Shown in pieces: positions 14,017 to 28,600 of a DNA stretch of 64,000 bases (its first letter is position 1; each line of letters begins with the position of its first letter). The DNA comes from Eledone cirrhosa (taxonomy: Eukaryota). Under the pieces are notes generated by a model. The model had not been told where the DNA came from and made no database searches. It saw nothing but the letters and a program-made list of their open reading frames with translations. The DNA is taken from positions 155,620,001 through 155,684,000 of the forward strand of contig OZ024741.1 of NCBI GenBank assembly GCA_964016885.1, in the 5' to 3' direction. The position numbers and the translations under genes are program-made.

Positions 14017-14670
14017 TTATAATAACTAGAAATTGATTAACATATATATAAACATGAATAATCACAGGAGATAATTTTTACAAGTGTGTAACCACACATA
14101 GCTAGGTAGGTAACTAAATAAAGTTGACTAGAACTTCAAATATAGATACTTTATAATATGATTAATGTTCCCTGTATATATTCCATTAAAGAAATTAAAT
14201 TAAGATAGATTAAATTAAGATTAATTTTGGATATAGATATATAAATACGGCTCCTTAGTTGTAGAGCTAACTCTGTTGAAAGGAATCGACTGCTGTTTCT
14301 AGTTGTCGATAACCCTATTCACGCCACTGGGACGAAGCTACTATGATGTGTGTGATAAATACAACACGTGGTAATAGCCAGTTGCAGATTTGAACTTGTA
14401 GTGTAAACACGGATTGCTGAAATTTTCTTCCTTGTTGAAAATCCAAAATCTCCACTTCCGTGGTTTACTATCTGATTAATTGGTGAAATATATTTCTTTA
14501 ATGGAATATATACAGGGAAGATTAATCATATTATAAGGTATCTATATTTGAAGTTCTAGTCAACTTTATTTAGTTACCTACCTAACTATGTGTGGTTACA
14601 CACTTGTAAAAATTATCTCCTGTGATTATTCATGTTTATATATATGTTAATCAATTTCTAGTTATTATAT
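14017..14670. repeat. Fold-back insert (arms ~14017-14195 / ~14490-14670)
   Basis: ~175 bp inverted repeat ending in (TA)n. No convincing HHR found. Confidence 0.75.
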
Positions 14671-14861
14671 ATATATATGAAAACAGGAAGAAAAAGACGA
14701 TTATTAGGAAGAAAAATATATTTCTTTCCCTTTTTATTTCTTTCTCTACTTTTTCTGGGTTAGAAAATGATTAAAACGAAATATTTTACTTTGTGTGAAG
14801 TGTTAAGGTATTAGTTTATTTATTTATTTATTAACAATGGCATTTATTTATTTATATATTT

Positions 14862-15052
14862 AATAATTGTTTCTACTTTTGGTACAAGGCCAGCAATTAC
14901 CCAGTGCATTACTGGTACTTTATTTTATCGACCCCGTAAGGATGAAAGGCAAAGTTAACCTCGGTGGGATTTGAACTCAGAATGGCAAGGGCCGTAACTC
15001 TATGCGTCAAAGCATGGCGTGCGACCCTCTACCGATACTGCCAATCCACCAT
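14862..15052 (-). mobile_element. SINE S1 inserted in the PLE pLTR
   Basis: Full reverse-complement S1, absent from the mirror arm at ~16415. Confidence 0.9.
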
Positions 15053-15057
15053 TTAAT

Positions 15058-15106
15058 AATTGTCTATTATCGGTTTCAGCATTTTTATGCATTATCAAAT
15101 GATAAT
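15058..15106 (-). ncRNA. Hammerhead variant (U3-A8 core UUGAUAA) in the PLE 3' UTR
   Basis: Minus strand: TTGATAA-T GCAT AAAA ATGC T-GAAA-CCGA-TA (CCGG in the mirror arm at ~16400). Stem I is weak. Confidence 0.6.
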
Positions 15107-17610
15107 AATATGTCTTGGTGTAGAATGGTGGTGTTGGACATGCTAAAGAAATGTTGCAGAAAGAATAATGTTATTTACAAACAAGGTTTATGAAGTGAAA
15201 ATAAAAAATAAAAAAAAGAGACGTAATGTGAAGCATAATAAGGCAATGTGAAAGAAAAAATAATATTATTTATAGGCATAGTTCTTGAAGATAAGCAGAT
15301 CAAAATGTGTTAATATAGCAAGAGTGCTTAGTTGATCCATGATGGAGGCAAATGGTGAACTGGAGTTTGATATGATTTCCCTTTTTAGAGAGTTAATATG
15401 CAGGGGGAGGTAATTCAAGCTGGATGATATCTAATTTATTTAAGAAAAATGATTAGGTAGGATGTTAGGGAGGTAACTCTTTAGAGAGACATAGGTATTT
15501 GTAAATGTTTGATTATTTGTTCCAGTTTTAGTTTAGTCCGAAGTTTAGTGCATTAAGTAGAGGTTGGAATTTGTTAATGAAATACGTTTCCTTATTGGTA
15601 CGATGGATGAAGGTAGCGTTGTCTATGAATTTATAAATGGGGAAAAATTTTAAAGTTTGGATGTTGGTTGGGTGCACATTTGGCGATATGTTCACTAAAC
15701 GCAATCTTTCTGTATTCCTGTATTTTGATTTGTGATTTATGGATGGTCATACGTTGTCGGAGGCTGTTTCTTGTCTGTCCTATGTAGTGCTCTTGACAAC
15801 CTGAGCAGGTGAAAACATAGATTAGGTTTTCAGATATGCATGTAAAGTTGTTATTAACTGTGAAATGCTGTCCTTGTTTAAAATGGAATGTTGAAACTTC
15901 TATTAGATTTATGCGTATTCCACAGTTGGGCCTTCCGCATTTTGTTACTGTAGGGTTCATTGTGAGGGTTTGTTGGATTTTGACTTGTGTGAGGATGTTT
16001 TTTATGGATTTAGGTTGTCTTTTGCTCTTTATTATGTGTGTTTGGAGGATTTTGTTCATTCTTGGGTCTCTTTTTAGTAAAGGAATGTTCTGGAAGATGG
16101 TGTCGAATGCCTCAATGTTGAGATGGTTGTTTGTGGAGATGTATGGTAGAGTTTTCTGTTGCGGTTCATTCCTGGGTTTGGGATGTCTGAGTTCCTGGAT
16201 GTCGAGTTTTAGGGCACGTTGGAATCCATTGTTGATTAGGGATGGTGGGTAGTTTCTGCCTTATTATGCTCCACATTACCACCCGTTTTTTCTTTTTTCT
16301 TTTTTCTTTTCACTTCATAAACCTTGTTTGTAAATAACATTATTCTTTCTGCACCATTTCTTTAACATGTCCAACACCACCATTCTACACAATGCTGAAA
16401 CCGGTAATAGACAATTATTAAATATATAAATAAATAAATGCCATTGTTAATTAATAAATAAATCAGTTCACACAAAGTAAAATATTTCCTTTTAATAATT
16501 TTCTACCCAGAAAAAAGAGAGAAATAAATAAAAAGGGAAAACAATATATTTTTCTTCCTAATAATCGTCTTTTTCTCCCTGTTTTCATAAACATATATAT
16601 ATATCCTAACTCGTGTGCTTTCTCTCCACATTTTATTATGTTTATCATATATATATATATAGAAAGAAAAAAAGATTAAATCTAAAATGCAACTGGAGTC
16701 TTATTTAAAAAAATAAGGTCAGGTTGTTTTTTCATATATGAGTGTTTGAATTTCTTTTTACTTAAAAAAAAGAGGCTCACAAAGGCTTTTTTAAATAAAC
16801 GTAATTTGATTGGTTATAAATTAAATTATGGCTGTCACGTGAACAAGTTTTCATTAAATTTCGCGCCGGTATTTGGAAATCTATTCTGTAGCCTTTTTAG
16901 AGAATTTTATGACAAGCTAAAGATAATGATCAAGAGAAATTGGATGGGAGAATTGTTCTAGTTCAGTGAATATGGTTAGTTCGCTGGGGTGTCAGAATTC
17001 AGATTTTCTATTGAAATAAAGAAAGTAAAGATATGTATGTTTATTTGTGTGTGTGTGTGTGTGTGTGTTGGAAGATGATTCTATTAGTAGAAATAGAGGA
17101 GGGAGTTGTGTGTGTGTGTATATGGGTGTTATGTATGTGTGTGTGGGAGTATGTTAAGATGGAGAGAATATATATATTTTGTGTGTGTGTGTGTATATAT
17201 GTATGTAGGAAAGTGGGTCTATTAGTAGAAATGGGGGAGGGAGTTGTGCGTGTGGGGGGGGGGTATGTGTGTGTATGGGTGTTATGTGTGTGTGGAAGTA
17301 TGGTTAGCATGTTAAGATGAAGAGAATATATATATATATATATATATATTGTGTGTGTGTGTGTGTGTAGGAAAATGATTCCTTTATTAGGAATATTTTT
17401 GAATGAACATATTTTCCTTAATTATTCGTATTTGTTCTGTTGTATTGTCAGCACAAACATATGTTAAGGTTTATTTAGTTCGGGTTTTTATTTTCTAAAG
17501 TAGCAGGTGTTATGTGTGTATGTGTCTGTTTGGATGGTTAGCATGTTAGTGTGTTGACATAATGTATATATATATTTATATACATAATGTATATATATAT
17601 ATATATACAG

Positions 17611-17691
<81 letters not shown>

Positions 17692-17692
<1 letters not shown>

Positions 17693-19625
17693 GTGACGAA
17701 ACATAAGTCAATTGCATGAACTCATAATTCTTTATTTAATGCTATATATATTTCTGTAGTATCGAATGTCATACTATAAACCTCAATTGAATATATATCT
17801 GACCATGAATGATTTTTGTGTAAATCGGTCATATGGAACTATTGTCATCTTGCCTGACGGTTTGGACTTTACAACACCACCGACCTCTTTGAGGTCAAAT
17901 ACCAATCCTACTAGCATCTAAAAACTGACCAATGAGAATTAAGATTATTCTTGTTGACAACATTAAATTATCCCTAACAAGCTCATATGTCCTAAGGCTC
18001 TAAAACCATCAACGCCAAAAACCCAGGGCTGGCATATCTAAGAACTTACTAACTTCCTGATGAGGTCATAGCCATACAATGGCTATCATCGAAATATATA
18101 TAGCAGTAAATAAAGGATTATGAGTTCATGCAATTGACTTATGTTTCGTCACTCTTATAACTCCGGAATTTATATCTTCGTTGAGTGCTCCCTATCCGCA
18201 TACTGAAGTACTGGATTTTACCAATACTTTTTTGCTTACCTCATGCTCCACACCCTGTTGAGCGCTTCATACAGTAGCAGACCGCAGCCAATATGAATAA
18301 ACTCACCACTCTGGCATCACTGAAGGACATCCCATTACCGGGTAAACGAGAGTACACCAGGAATCTCACTAAGAGTACTGACTCCCTAATACGCAGGATG
18401 CGGTGGAGGGCTTACCACTTTGATAGAGGATACCCCAATACTAATAACAAAAATCATGGAGTGCCTCTTCAGATAAAGAAGGAAAGACAACAGACTATTG
18501 GAGGAGTTCGAGAACGAAATGATTGACATCATTTCCAACATCAAACTTTCCGACCAACCATACTGGGGTCGAGAGTACCTTAGACGACTGGACAATGGAA
18601 TTACCGAGCTTAAAGAATACTCGTCCATGCCGACAAAACCAACAACCTTTACAGCATGGATGTTCAACTTTACCATGAGCTAATCCTCAGGGAATTGAGA
18701 AAAAGCTACAAAAAAAAACACCCGAGGCTACCCTGGAGGATATCAACATCAAGGCTTATGAGATCATATCTGGTCTTGGCATAGATGATAGGACGGCCCC
18801 ATACCAAACAAGAGCGCCGAAGATTACCATTAAGCACCACAAATCAAACTTTGAGTCTAACCTGCCGGTCAGACTGATAGCCCCCTTCCGGTCAGACATG
18901 GAGGTTGTTAGCAAAAGCAATTTAGATAGGATCCTGCCAACACTTAGGAGTAAAATAAGGTTACAACTCTGGTCCTGTACCAGCCAGGTGATGGACTGGC
19001 TTACATTTTTACCTGACAAACATGGGACTAGCTTCATACAACTAGACATCAACAATTACTACTCCTCTATCTCGCCCATAGTCCTGAACAAGGCACTCAT
19101 ATTCGCGATGAATAGGACAGACCTAACGAGCGACGAGGTCCGAATCATACACGCCGCCAGAAAGAACCTGATCCGATTCGGTGGGGACATATGGACCCGG
19201 AGTAACTGGCCAAATAATTTTGACATCACAATGGGCTCCAGTGACTCCGCCTAGCTAACGGACCTGGTTGGGATATACATACTCTACGAGATCAGGAGCG
19301 AAATACCCAACTTCGGTGGCGGACTGTGCAGAGACGACGCCCTGTTCACCGTCGTGGACCACAGCACCACAATGGTCGAAAATATGAAGAGGAGAATTAG
19401 ACACCTTTTTAGCAAGGTAGGACTTAAAGTAGAGATGGAACCCAATAGAAAAGAAGTGAATTTCCTGGACACCACCCTCAACCTCAACACCAAGCTGCAC
19501 CACCCATATCATAAACCCAATGAGAAGCTGGTGTATATCAACGCTGGGTGCAATCACCCTAGATCTATAGTTAATGCCGTAGTTAAGAGTGTCTCTGACA
19601 GGATCTCTATAGTGTCAGGACCCCG
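17692..19625 (+). mobile_element. Degenerate Penelope-like element (Naiad-like): pLTR + N-terminus and RT, 3'-truncated
   Basis: ATG 18293 (SLKDIPLP..LIRRMRWRAYHF), then RLIAP, FIQLDINNYYSSIS, FDITMGSSDSA, CRDD, VNFLDTTLNL, PYHKPN..CNHP, with frameshifts. Short inverted pLTR piece 17692-17754 next to (TA)n. Confidence 0.88.
18052..18107 (+). ncRNA. Type I minimal hammerhead ribozyme in the PLE pLTR
   Basis: ACTTC-CTGATGA-G GTC ATAGCCAT ACA ATGGCTAT CATC-GAAA-TATATA-TA-GCAGT. Intact core, ~190 nt upstream of the ORF start. Confidence 0.85.
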
Positions 19626-19634
19626 TATATAAAC

Positions 19635-19670
<36 letters not shown>

Positions 19671-19717
19671 TAATGAAAAAGAACAAAGGAACTATTATGA
19701 CATTATAACAAGTTTAT

Positions 19718-19764
19718 TGCCGACAGCCGTTTCGTCCGACCATATGGTGGGACTTTTCAAGGCA
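19718..19764 (-). ncRNA. Type I hammerhead variant with U3-A8 core (UUGAAAA)
   Basis: Minus strand: TGCC-TTGAAAA-GTCC c ACC atat GGT c GGAC-GAAA-CGGCTG-TC-GGCA, about 50 nt from a (TA)n junction. Confidence 0.8.
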
Positions 19765-21349
19765 TATAACATGTGATTGTAAGTTCATTATTTACATCAA
19801 CGTATCACTTAAGACTAGCGATTTGAAATTGTGGTATACATCAGCAGCTCCGCTTGTATATTTGGGGTCTATATTCTAAGGGGGCTCCTTTATATTAGTT
19901 GTCGGAATTGTAAAAGGGATGGGTTATGGGGAGTTAAGAGAATTTGAAAATGTCCTGAGAGTCAGGGATTGAAGGTTAAAAATTAGATAATTTATAATAT
20001 ACGTATTAAAAGTAAAAGACTTGGGATCTCGTAGAAGCACCCTAAAAAATCCCTCAATAAGTGCATAAAGCTTACAAGCCCCAATAAATTTAACAAACTA
20101 GAAGAGATTAAGAGACTAATAAAATAAAATAAAAAAATAAAGATATAAAGTTTCCCTAAAAACTATAAAGTTTCCCAAGAAGTTCCCTCGAGAGAAAAAA
20201 ATTTCTTTCGAAAGAAAAAAACCTTCTTCCCCAGAGATCTCGTTAAAAAATTTTCGAAAATTTACGAAGTTTTGATAATCCCTACTAAGTTGAAAGAAAC
20301 TAATCAATTAAAGGTTAATTCAAAAAGCCTTCAATAAACCCCTCAGAAGAAACCCCTTTAATATTTTTAATAGGAACCTCCTCCGAGAGACCCTTCAAAG
20401 AATTAAAATTTTAGAGAGCCTTTAAGGATATGTATAAAAAAATTGGGGAAAATTATAAATTAAAAGTTAAAAATTACGGTATTTGGGATATCCGAGGAAT
20501 TTTCAAAGGGCTGGTTCAACAGATATAACTTAGGTATAATAGATAAAATAATTTAAGTAATTTAAGTAATTTAATTAGGGAGCAATTCAAAGAGCTTATC
20601 AAGTTGGGCAAGATTAAAGAGAATTATAAGTAAGAAAATACATAAGCAAAAAGACAATCATTATAAAATGTATTTTTAAAAAACAATAATTATAAAATGT
20701 ATTTTTAAGAAGGTATAAGGTAGCTTCAGAAATCTAATAATGTACTATCAAAAAATTATTATAAAATTATCACAAAATTATTATAAAATTATTATAAAAT
20801 TATTACAAAATTATCATGAAACTATTGATACAGGATTAAAAAAAATTACTATAAAATTATTGATACAAGATTAACAAAGACATAATAATATATCTCTCAA
20901 TAGCTGTAAAAGACGCTGGACGTGTCTAGTCTCAACATCAAATCTTTAGAATTACAGTCGGTCACAGTTAGTGTGAGTGAATGCACACACACTTACACAC
21001 ACCGACGCGAGGTCGAAGAAAAAAATAATATATATACCAACATAGTATTCACCGAAAGTTAGTTTACAAAACAACAAATGTTATATTGGCCAAATCTCAA
21101 TTTGACGATGTAAATTGGAGAAATTTTGGGTCAAACGCAACCCTATACACACGCAAGTAAATTCAGTTCAATGTTCTGCGATTGAATTGTAAATAGTGTA
21201 AATAGTGTATGTTTTGGTATATACACATCCGTATCGTTATAGAATATATATATATATATATAGTAATAATAATAAATTTGAAGACTAAAATCCAAAGAGG
21301 GCTCGATAAGGATAGATATATATAAAATATATAAGAACCGTAGAGCAAA

Positions 21350-21755
21350 TATTTATTAAAATAACAGATTAAAGTTTAAGCAAAGAATCGCTGCTTTCAC
21401 CCTTAACGGGATCTTCTGAAACTAACAAAGTCAATCTGTAAACGCAGAAGTGGATATTTCAAAAACGTTGCAACCGGAGGAAGACAGGAAGACGAAACTA
21501 CGCGAAAATTACGCGCGTAATTGTTTTTCACCGCTCCTATTAATGACGTATTATATTCGTTTTTTCCCGTTCTTTGCCAGGGAACGTTTCCACGAACCAA
21601 AGTTTCGTCTTCCTGTCTTCCTCCGGTTGCAACGTTTTTTTAAATATCCACTTCTCCGTTTACAGATTGACTTTGTTAGTTTCAGAAGATCCCGTTAAGG
21701 GTGAAAGCAGCGATTCTTTGCTTAAACTTTAATCTGTTATTTTAATAAATATATA
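21350..21755. repeat. Fold-back repeat (arms ~21350-21500 / ~21600-21755); copies at ~43980-44195 and ~45058-45155
   Basis: TTAAAGTTTAAGCAAAGAATCGCTGCTTTCACCCTTAACGGGATCTTCTGAAAC in inverted orientation and dispersed, each time next to (TA)n. Confidence 0.8.
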
Positions 21756-21764
21756 TATATATAT

Positions 21765-21973
<209 letters not shown>

Positions 21974-22615
21974 GTTTATGTATATACATATATGTATATA
22001 TATATGTGTGTGTGCCTGTGTGTGTGTACATGTGTGTGATGACGTAGCGGTATCGTTAGGGGGTCGGATTAAAAATGTCTCGGATTTTTGTTCCGACTAA
22101 TACCGCTGTGATTAACTTTTCCTTTCTTTATTTCTAGTTAGTTCCATATATAAAATACTATTCCAGTACTGAGACTGATTCTGCATGTTTCTCTCGCTTT
22201 CTCTTACCAGCATCACTGTGGGATAAAGTAGTTCGTTTTCTACCTACGCAGTTTCAGATTCACGCCCACTGCGTGACACACTGAGCTAGTGTCACCAATT
22301 AACATTAATGTGTTTTTCTCTATAGACGCAGAAGCGGCTTATGAGAGGCTGACTAAATATTCATATCACACCGATGCAAATGTGCCTTTCAACTTTTTGG
22401 GGTCGGTAATAAAGTAAGAGTCACGCAGACATGGTGACATATTAGTGGAATTGTTAAAGTGTCGGACGGGATACTTTGCACCATCTATCCCAATTCTGAG
22501 CTTTCTGAGTTCAAATCCAGCCATTTGGCACCAGTAAAGCGTTGATGTCCTATCCGCAAGAGTACATATTTGATAGACAGACAGAGATAACTCCCATTCT
22601 AATGTAGAATGAATT

Positions 22616-22732
22616 TAATTGTTTCTACTTTTGGCACAAGGCCAGCAATAACCCAGTACATTACTGGTACTTTATTTTATCGACCCCGTAAGGATGAAAG
22701 GCAAAGTTATCCTCGGCGGGATTTGAACTCAG
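22616..22732 (-). mobile_element. SINE S1 3' fragment
   Basis: Reverse-complement S1 B box, core and tail. Confidence 0.88.
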
Positions 22733-23271
22733 ACCATAAATTTAATGTCATATAATATAGGTTACGTTGTTTCTCAGTAATGTTAATCTTAATAAATGAA
22801 TATGCTCTTGTTACTGTCGCTGTAGGCATCGTGTTAAACACCAAAACGCTACACAAAGATTTGTAACGATATATTTTCCAGCATTCACTTCTCTATTCTG
22901 ATCATTCCAAAGCATCGACAGCAGTCTACCATAGTTTCCATGGTAATTATATCATTTGACAGTTCTTTACCATTTACATAACCAATATAAATTCTTGTAA
23001 ATGACACGCATTTTGTGATCAAAAGAACTACCAACATAAGCAGGTATTGCCAAAGGAATGGATAAAAGTCTAGGAAATTAACTTTGACGTTTAAAATATT
23101 CTAGTTAGACAACTATTGCTAGAATGGACAATAACATGAAAAAGAGACGAATGGCGCTGCATATTTATCATGATCTATCGACACAGGGTTGCGTCTGTTC
23201 TGTGAAATGTAAACTACGAGAAGAAACCATATCTCAAATACATGTTTGTGAAAAAATGAATTAACGTATAT

Positions 23272-24640
23272 ATGTAAGTCTCTCTTTCTCTTAATTTCGA
23301 GTGCATTTTTGACCGGCCACCTTCCTGCTAGCAAGGTTGCAAAAGAAAAGAAATTGTCATCCCTTGAATCGCAAGAATGTTTTTATCAATGGTCTGTAGA
23401 TGTCCTCCTTCTCTTGTATTTTTCTTACAACGTTGACATCAAGTGGGCAGCTGATCTCCACAACAGAGTAAGTTTTCAACGTGTGGTCCCAAACAACAAT
23501 ACCAGGCCGGTTCTGCTTTAATTTGGTGGAAGTTTTTATTTCCAGGTTCTACCAGTATTCCTTAGTACCATATATCTCAACATATTCCTCCTCATTTGTT
23601 TTTAATTTTGTTTTCCTAAGTGAGCTCTCATAGGTAGTAGAGAGACGGCATTCTTTCGCAGTTGGCAACAATGTGGCTAACATCTTCGATCTTTGTTTTA
23701 CAAAGCCTACATTTATTGTCGATTGATGGCCCTCCCCTTTTGTGTAGCAGATATTTGGTAGGGATTTCTTGCTCTTGTATTGCATAGAGATATCCTTCAA
23801 GGTCGGATGTCATAAACCTGTTGGAACTCCATGCCAGGCTTTTTTTAATGATTTATCCCCTCTATAATCTGTGCTTTTCGTCTCAGGTACCCATGCACAA
23901 CTTTCTCTGTAAATTGGTCCACTTTTTTTTATCTTGTTCGAACATTGAATAGGATCTTCCAGTTTCCCTGGGAGAGAGATTTATATCAAGCCTTATTCCA
24001 TATCTCTCCTCCAGATCAATGATATTATTTTCTTCATGCTCATAGACCTGGGAAAGATGGTTGCTTCAGTGTTACTATTCGGGTCTCGTATGATGTTAAT
24101 ATGGATTTTAGACCCCGGTCACCTTCCTTGCGTGAGAAGTATAGCCTATCCATATCACCGTTGATGTTTAAGTTTCCAGTAACACTGAGAAGCTTGCCAG
24201 TTCTTACATCCAACTCACTTAGTTCTTGCAATGACCAGTTCAGCAGGCCAAATGTTGACGTTAGAATTGGCACAGCATAAGTATTGTGGGCAATGTATTT
24301 GTTGTACGCTGATAGTTCTGATGACCATATTTCTTTACTCTTCTGAGGTATTCAGTTCTGGTTCTTTCCTTATTTATGGGTCCATCATATCTGACATTCT
24401 CATCCTGTCCAAGATATCTGAGGTTGTCACCTGACTGTAGAGGTTGTATTGTCAAGCCGTTCATCTCTAGATTTCCAGAGGAGGGCACAGCCCTTCCCCG
24501 TTTTACTGTAAAATATGCACATTTGGACTCGCCAGATTTCATTCTGATGTCTGCAGAAAATTGTATAATGAAGTCCAGTTGTCTTTTTAATATAGTTGAT
24601 ATTTGGCCCATACAACTTCAGGTCATCAACAAAGAAAAGA
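23272..24640 (-). mobile_element. 5'-truncated R4/Dong LINE family A
   Basis: HLFFVDDLKLYG RT motif, CRLCKTKIEDVSHIVANC and the family A 3' UTR. 5' junction directly in (CATA)n at 24640-24721. Confidence 0.92.
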
Positions 24641-24721
24641 TGTATGTATGCATGTATGTATGTATGTATGTATGTATGTATGTATGTATGTATGTATGTA
24701 TGTATGTATGTATGTATGTAT

Positions 24722-25040
24722 GATGTTGACTTGTTCTTCTTTTTGGTAAATATCATCTTGGTTAAGAGAGTGGGACTGGCTTTGTGCAGTGCCTTTGCTC
24801 ACTATAAAAGCTTCACGGCACAGGCATTGCTTTATATCTGGAGATCTCTCTGCACTTGTCGTCACATGGTACCATGGGCCCAGCACTATGTGTAAATAAT
24901 TGTCACAAGTGTAGTGTTTGTACCAGAGTTTTCAAGTCGCTGGTTGGACTAAAAGGTCACACTCGTTCAGCGCATCGGTAGGGGTTCTCCTATATGGATA
25001 TAAAGTAGTGGCCGTACTCGAAAACGAGTTGGCAGCCACC
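24722..25040 (-). repeat. Family H short repeat between (CATA)n tracts
   Basis: Starts GGTGGCTG-ccA ACTCG TTTT CGAGT A-CGGCCACT hairpin. Body resembles 13290-13390 and 35790-35900. Confidence 0.55.
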
Positions 25041-25248
25041 ATGTATGTATGTATGTATGTATGTATGTATGTATGTATGTATGTATGTATGTATGTATGT
25101 GTGTATGTGTGTATGTATGTATGTATGTATGTATGTGTTGTTGTTGTTGCTATTAGTATTTTTTTTTTCGTGCTATCGCCATACTCGATAACGAGGGGGA
25201 AACCATCAGACATGTATGTATGCATTTTGGTTTCATTATTTTATAAAT

Positions 25249-25646
25249 TGGGCGATGGATTGGCAGTATCGGTAGAGGGTCGGACGCCATGCTTTGACGC
25301 ATAGAGTTACGGCCCTTGTCATTCTGAGTTCAAATCCCGCCGAGGTTAACTTTGCCTTTCATCCTTACGGGGTCGATAAAATAAAGTACCAGTAATACAC
25401 TGGGTAATTGCTGGCCTTGTGCCAAAAGTAGAAACAATTATTTTATAAATTGGGCGACGGATTGGCAGTATCAGTAGAGCGTCAGACACCATGCTTTGCA
25501 GCATAGAGTTATGGCCCTTTACGTTCCTAGTTCAAATCCAGCCGAGGTTAGATTTGACTTTCATTCTTACGGGGTCAATAAAATAAAGTACCAGTAATGC
25601 ACTGGGATAATTGCTGGCCTTGCGCCAAATGTAGAAACAATTATTT
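25249..25646 (+). mobile_element. Two tandem full-length SINE S1 copies
   Basis: Both preceded by ATTATTTTATAAATTGGGCGA; A/B boxes and tails present. Confidence 0.92.
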
Positions 25647-25664
25647 CATAAATTTTCACCAATA

Positions 25665-28600
25665 GCGACAGAGAGTGCCGGTTTCTAAAATAGAAGCAAC
25701 TGTTTCAGTGGTTTAGAAAATACCAACTATGAAAATACGTATGTATGTATGTCTGCATGCGTTTGTGTGTGTTCGTGTATGGATGTTATTGTGCGTGTGT
25801 GTATCTGTATATTTTGAGTTATACGGACATATGTTTCTATATCTATACGTGGGTATATATTTCTGTATCTATACGTCTGTATATATACAGTATTACCTGA
25901 TGAATATTTTACAGTTCAATTAATGGACTTTACTTGTAATTTCCTAACTAACTGTAGTCTTTCTGGTTCTATGAAGCCAAGCTTCTCAACATTTGTACCA
26001 AGAGCCCCAATGATCACAGAGACAAACATAAAAAGAATAGCCAGGGTTGAGTATCTGCAAAATTTTAATTAATTCAGTATAAATATTCTCCTTTTCGCTT
26101 AGCATTAACATCTGCTGGGCAGCTGATTTTAATTGTTGTGCCGGTCTTCCTTTCTCTGACCCACTATGTCTGGTCTGTTATGTTTGCATTTTATACTGTT
26201 TTGGCTGGAAAATTTCCAGTACTCTAACTTTTTGACACATGGCCAGCAATTACCCAGTACATTACTTGTACTGTATTTATCGACCCCCGTAAGGATGAAA
26301 GGCAAAGTTAACCTCGGCGGGATTTGAACTCAGACCGAAAAGGGACGTAACTATGATGGAAAGCATGGCATCCGACTCTCTACCGATACTGCCAATCCAC
26401 CAATATGGATGCGTATATCTCCACATCACTATAACTTTATGTATTTTTATTCTCAGGACTTTCCTTTCTACGGATAGTGCTTTAGCTAATACAACATGCC
26501 TCATGGTATACAGTATCGTGATGACATCTTTGGACAGCTGCTTTTGATGTTTATTCTGCAGTGTCTGCATCTCTTGTCACATCTAGATGTTTTCTTATCT
26601 CGTTTGTGCATTGGGTATTTCGTTGTTTGTTCCTGGCATATCCTTTAAAACGAGAGCCAATATAATGGGTGTTTGTTCAAGATAGACTATATTGCTTATC
26701 TATATTACTCTCACTTTGAAGCTTTCTGCTAATATAGCCATGCATGATTTTGTTGTTAAGCTTGCTGTCTTTCATTTATGGATTCGTTGTGGTGTAGCCC
26801 TGCAATTTCCCTGGCTGTGAATTTTTGGTTATCATGCAGGAACTATTTCTCGAGGACTCCCATCCCAACTTTCGTGATGTTATCTGTCTCATGTAGACAG
26901 ACTTATTCTATGGATGGGTTATAACGTTTGGTGGTTAGTAGACCAAACGTTATAACCCATGTTGACGGAGCAATATAATGTTATACCAAAATGCTGTTTC
27001 GATTGATGTTAAGCCTCTGCGTCCTTGTTTACGTTTTAGGTGGAGGCAGTTTATATCACTATGGATGTGGAAATTTCCGGTGAGGGTTAAACTTTTCGGG
27101 TTTTAATATCAATGGCTCGGATCTCATTTAGCGTCTGGTTACTTAGTCCAAATGTTAGTATCAGTAGAGGTACTGCAAATACAGTATGCGCCACTGATTT
27201 GGTGTGTACAGAGAGTTCCGAAGATCATATTATTTTCTTTTACCGGTATTATATTTCCTGGTTTCTCGTTCCTTGTTACAAATAGGATATATTTTCATCC
27301 ATCCCTAAGTATCTGTAGTCAACTCCCCGCGAAACAGGCTGGTCATTGATAGAAATGTTGCTAGACTGGCTTGTAGCTTTTCCTCACTTTACAACCATAT
27401 AAGACCATATATCCTGACCAAATTCCATCCCTATATCTTTCGTGAATGTCGTAACTAGGTCACGGTTTTTCTTCATGTCATTTATATTCCTAAAATGCAC
27501 TTTCAGATCGTCTACAAAGAAGCTATGTGTTAGGTTTGTGTTTCTAGCTTCCTGTGAACCAATTAAGTGTCCTTCATATTTCTTTAGCATAAAGAGGAAG
27601 GGTTTTACTGACAGTATAAATAGCATCACAGATAGCCTGTCTCCTTTAAATATACCCCTGCGATATTCTACTTTATTGGTGACAATATAGTCTCCCTTCT
27701 TTGTATTTAACCTCAGAATAATGGCCCAGGAAGAAGATAGGAACTATATGGCTCTGGTTATGATGTCTTGGACTTTAATAAGTCGAAGGGCCCCAGCGTA
27801 CAAGAGTGGGGAAAAGAATCGTATGCTTTTCAGAATCCAGCTAGATTAACCAAATTTCTCCTATGTCGCTCATCTGACCTCACAGTTTTATTTATTAGAA
27901 TGTACTCAGTACACTCCCAAACCATTTTCATCACATCTGATTGCTTGTATGGCATGATATTGTTATTGTTACAGTATTTCTGGAGGAACCGGTTCAGACA
28001 GGCTGAATACATTGTATACATTAGGTTCTGGCTTTCAATAGTTCGGAATTCTTTGGCTAAGTGGATTTCTTTATTTTGGGGATCAATCGTGTCTCAGCTA
28101 ATGTCAACCAGTTTGGTATATGTTTTTAGAGATTGGTGGTAGAGGCTGATAAAATACATCCAATAGAATGTAATTCTTTTGTGTTATTAGCCGACAATCA
28201 AGTCTCTTCCTGGTGCTTTCTTATCCTAAAATGTTCTATCATCATTGATGCTGTACGTTTTAGCGTAATGCAGGGGCAATAATTCGTTCGGATCTCTTTT
28301 AATCACACTGCATCTTGGCTGAACTTCTTTTCTTTACACCATATTTTTCTCTAGAAGGAATCTGTGTCTTTCTGAGACGAGGTCTCAGTGACGTTTATTG
28401 ATTTGCACTCATATATCAATAAACTGATATTTGATTTCGGCTGGATCTTTTCATTAATTACTTTCCTTTCAGCTAGTCTCCTCTAATATCAGAGTTTCTC
28501 ACTGAGGGCTCTCAATTGTTGTTTGAGGTTGATCAACTAGTATCGAAAAGTTCTGCTTGAACTGTTTCCAAACATCATTTCTAAATTAATTACTTTTGTT

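Larger units (their letters stand above)
14675..16597 (-). mobile_element. Penelope-like element (Neptune-like), 5'-truncated with inverted pLTR
   Basis: Minus ORF 15631-16059: CGRPNCG..FTCISENLIYVFTCSGCQEHYIGQTRNSLRQRMTIH (GIY-YIG with Cys linker). 14675-15260 is inverted relative to 16261-16597. (TA)n on both flanks. Confidence 0.88.

Noticed and set aside
17045-17400. ~130-140 bp tandem units as a CRISPR-like or satellite system
   Set aside because: Only ~2.5 degenerate GT-rich units in eukaryotic DNA with no spacer structure.
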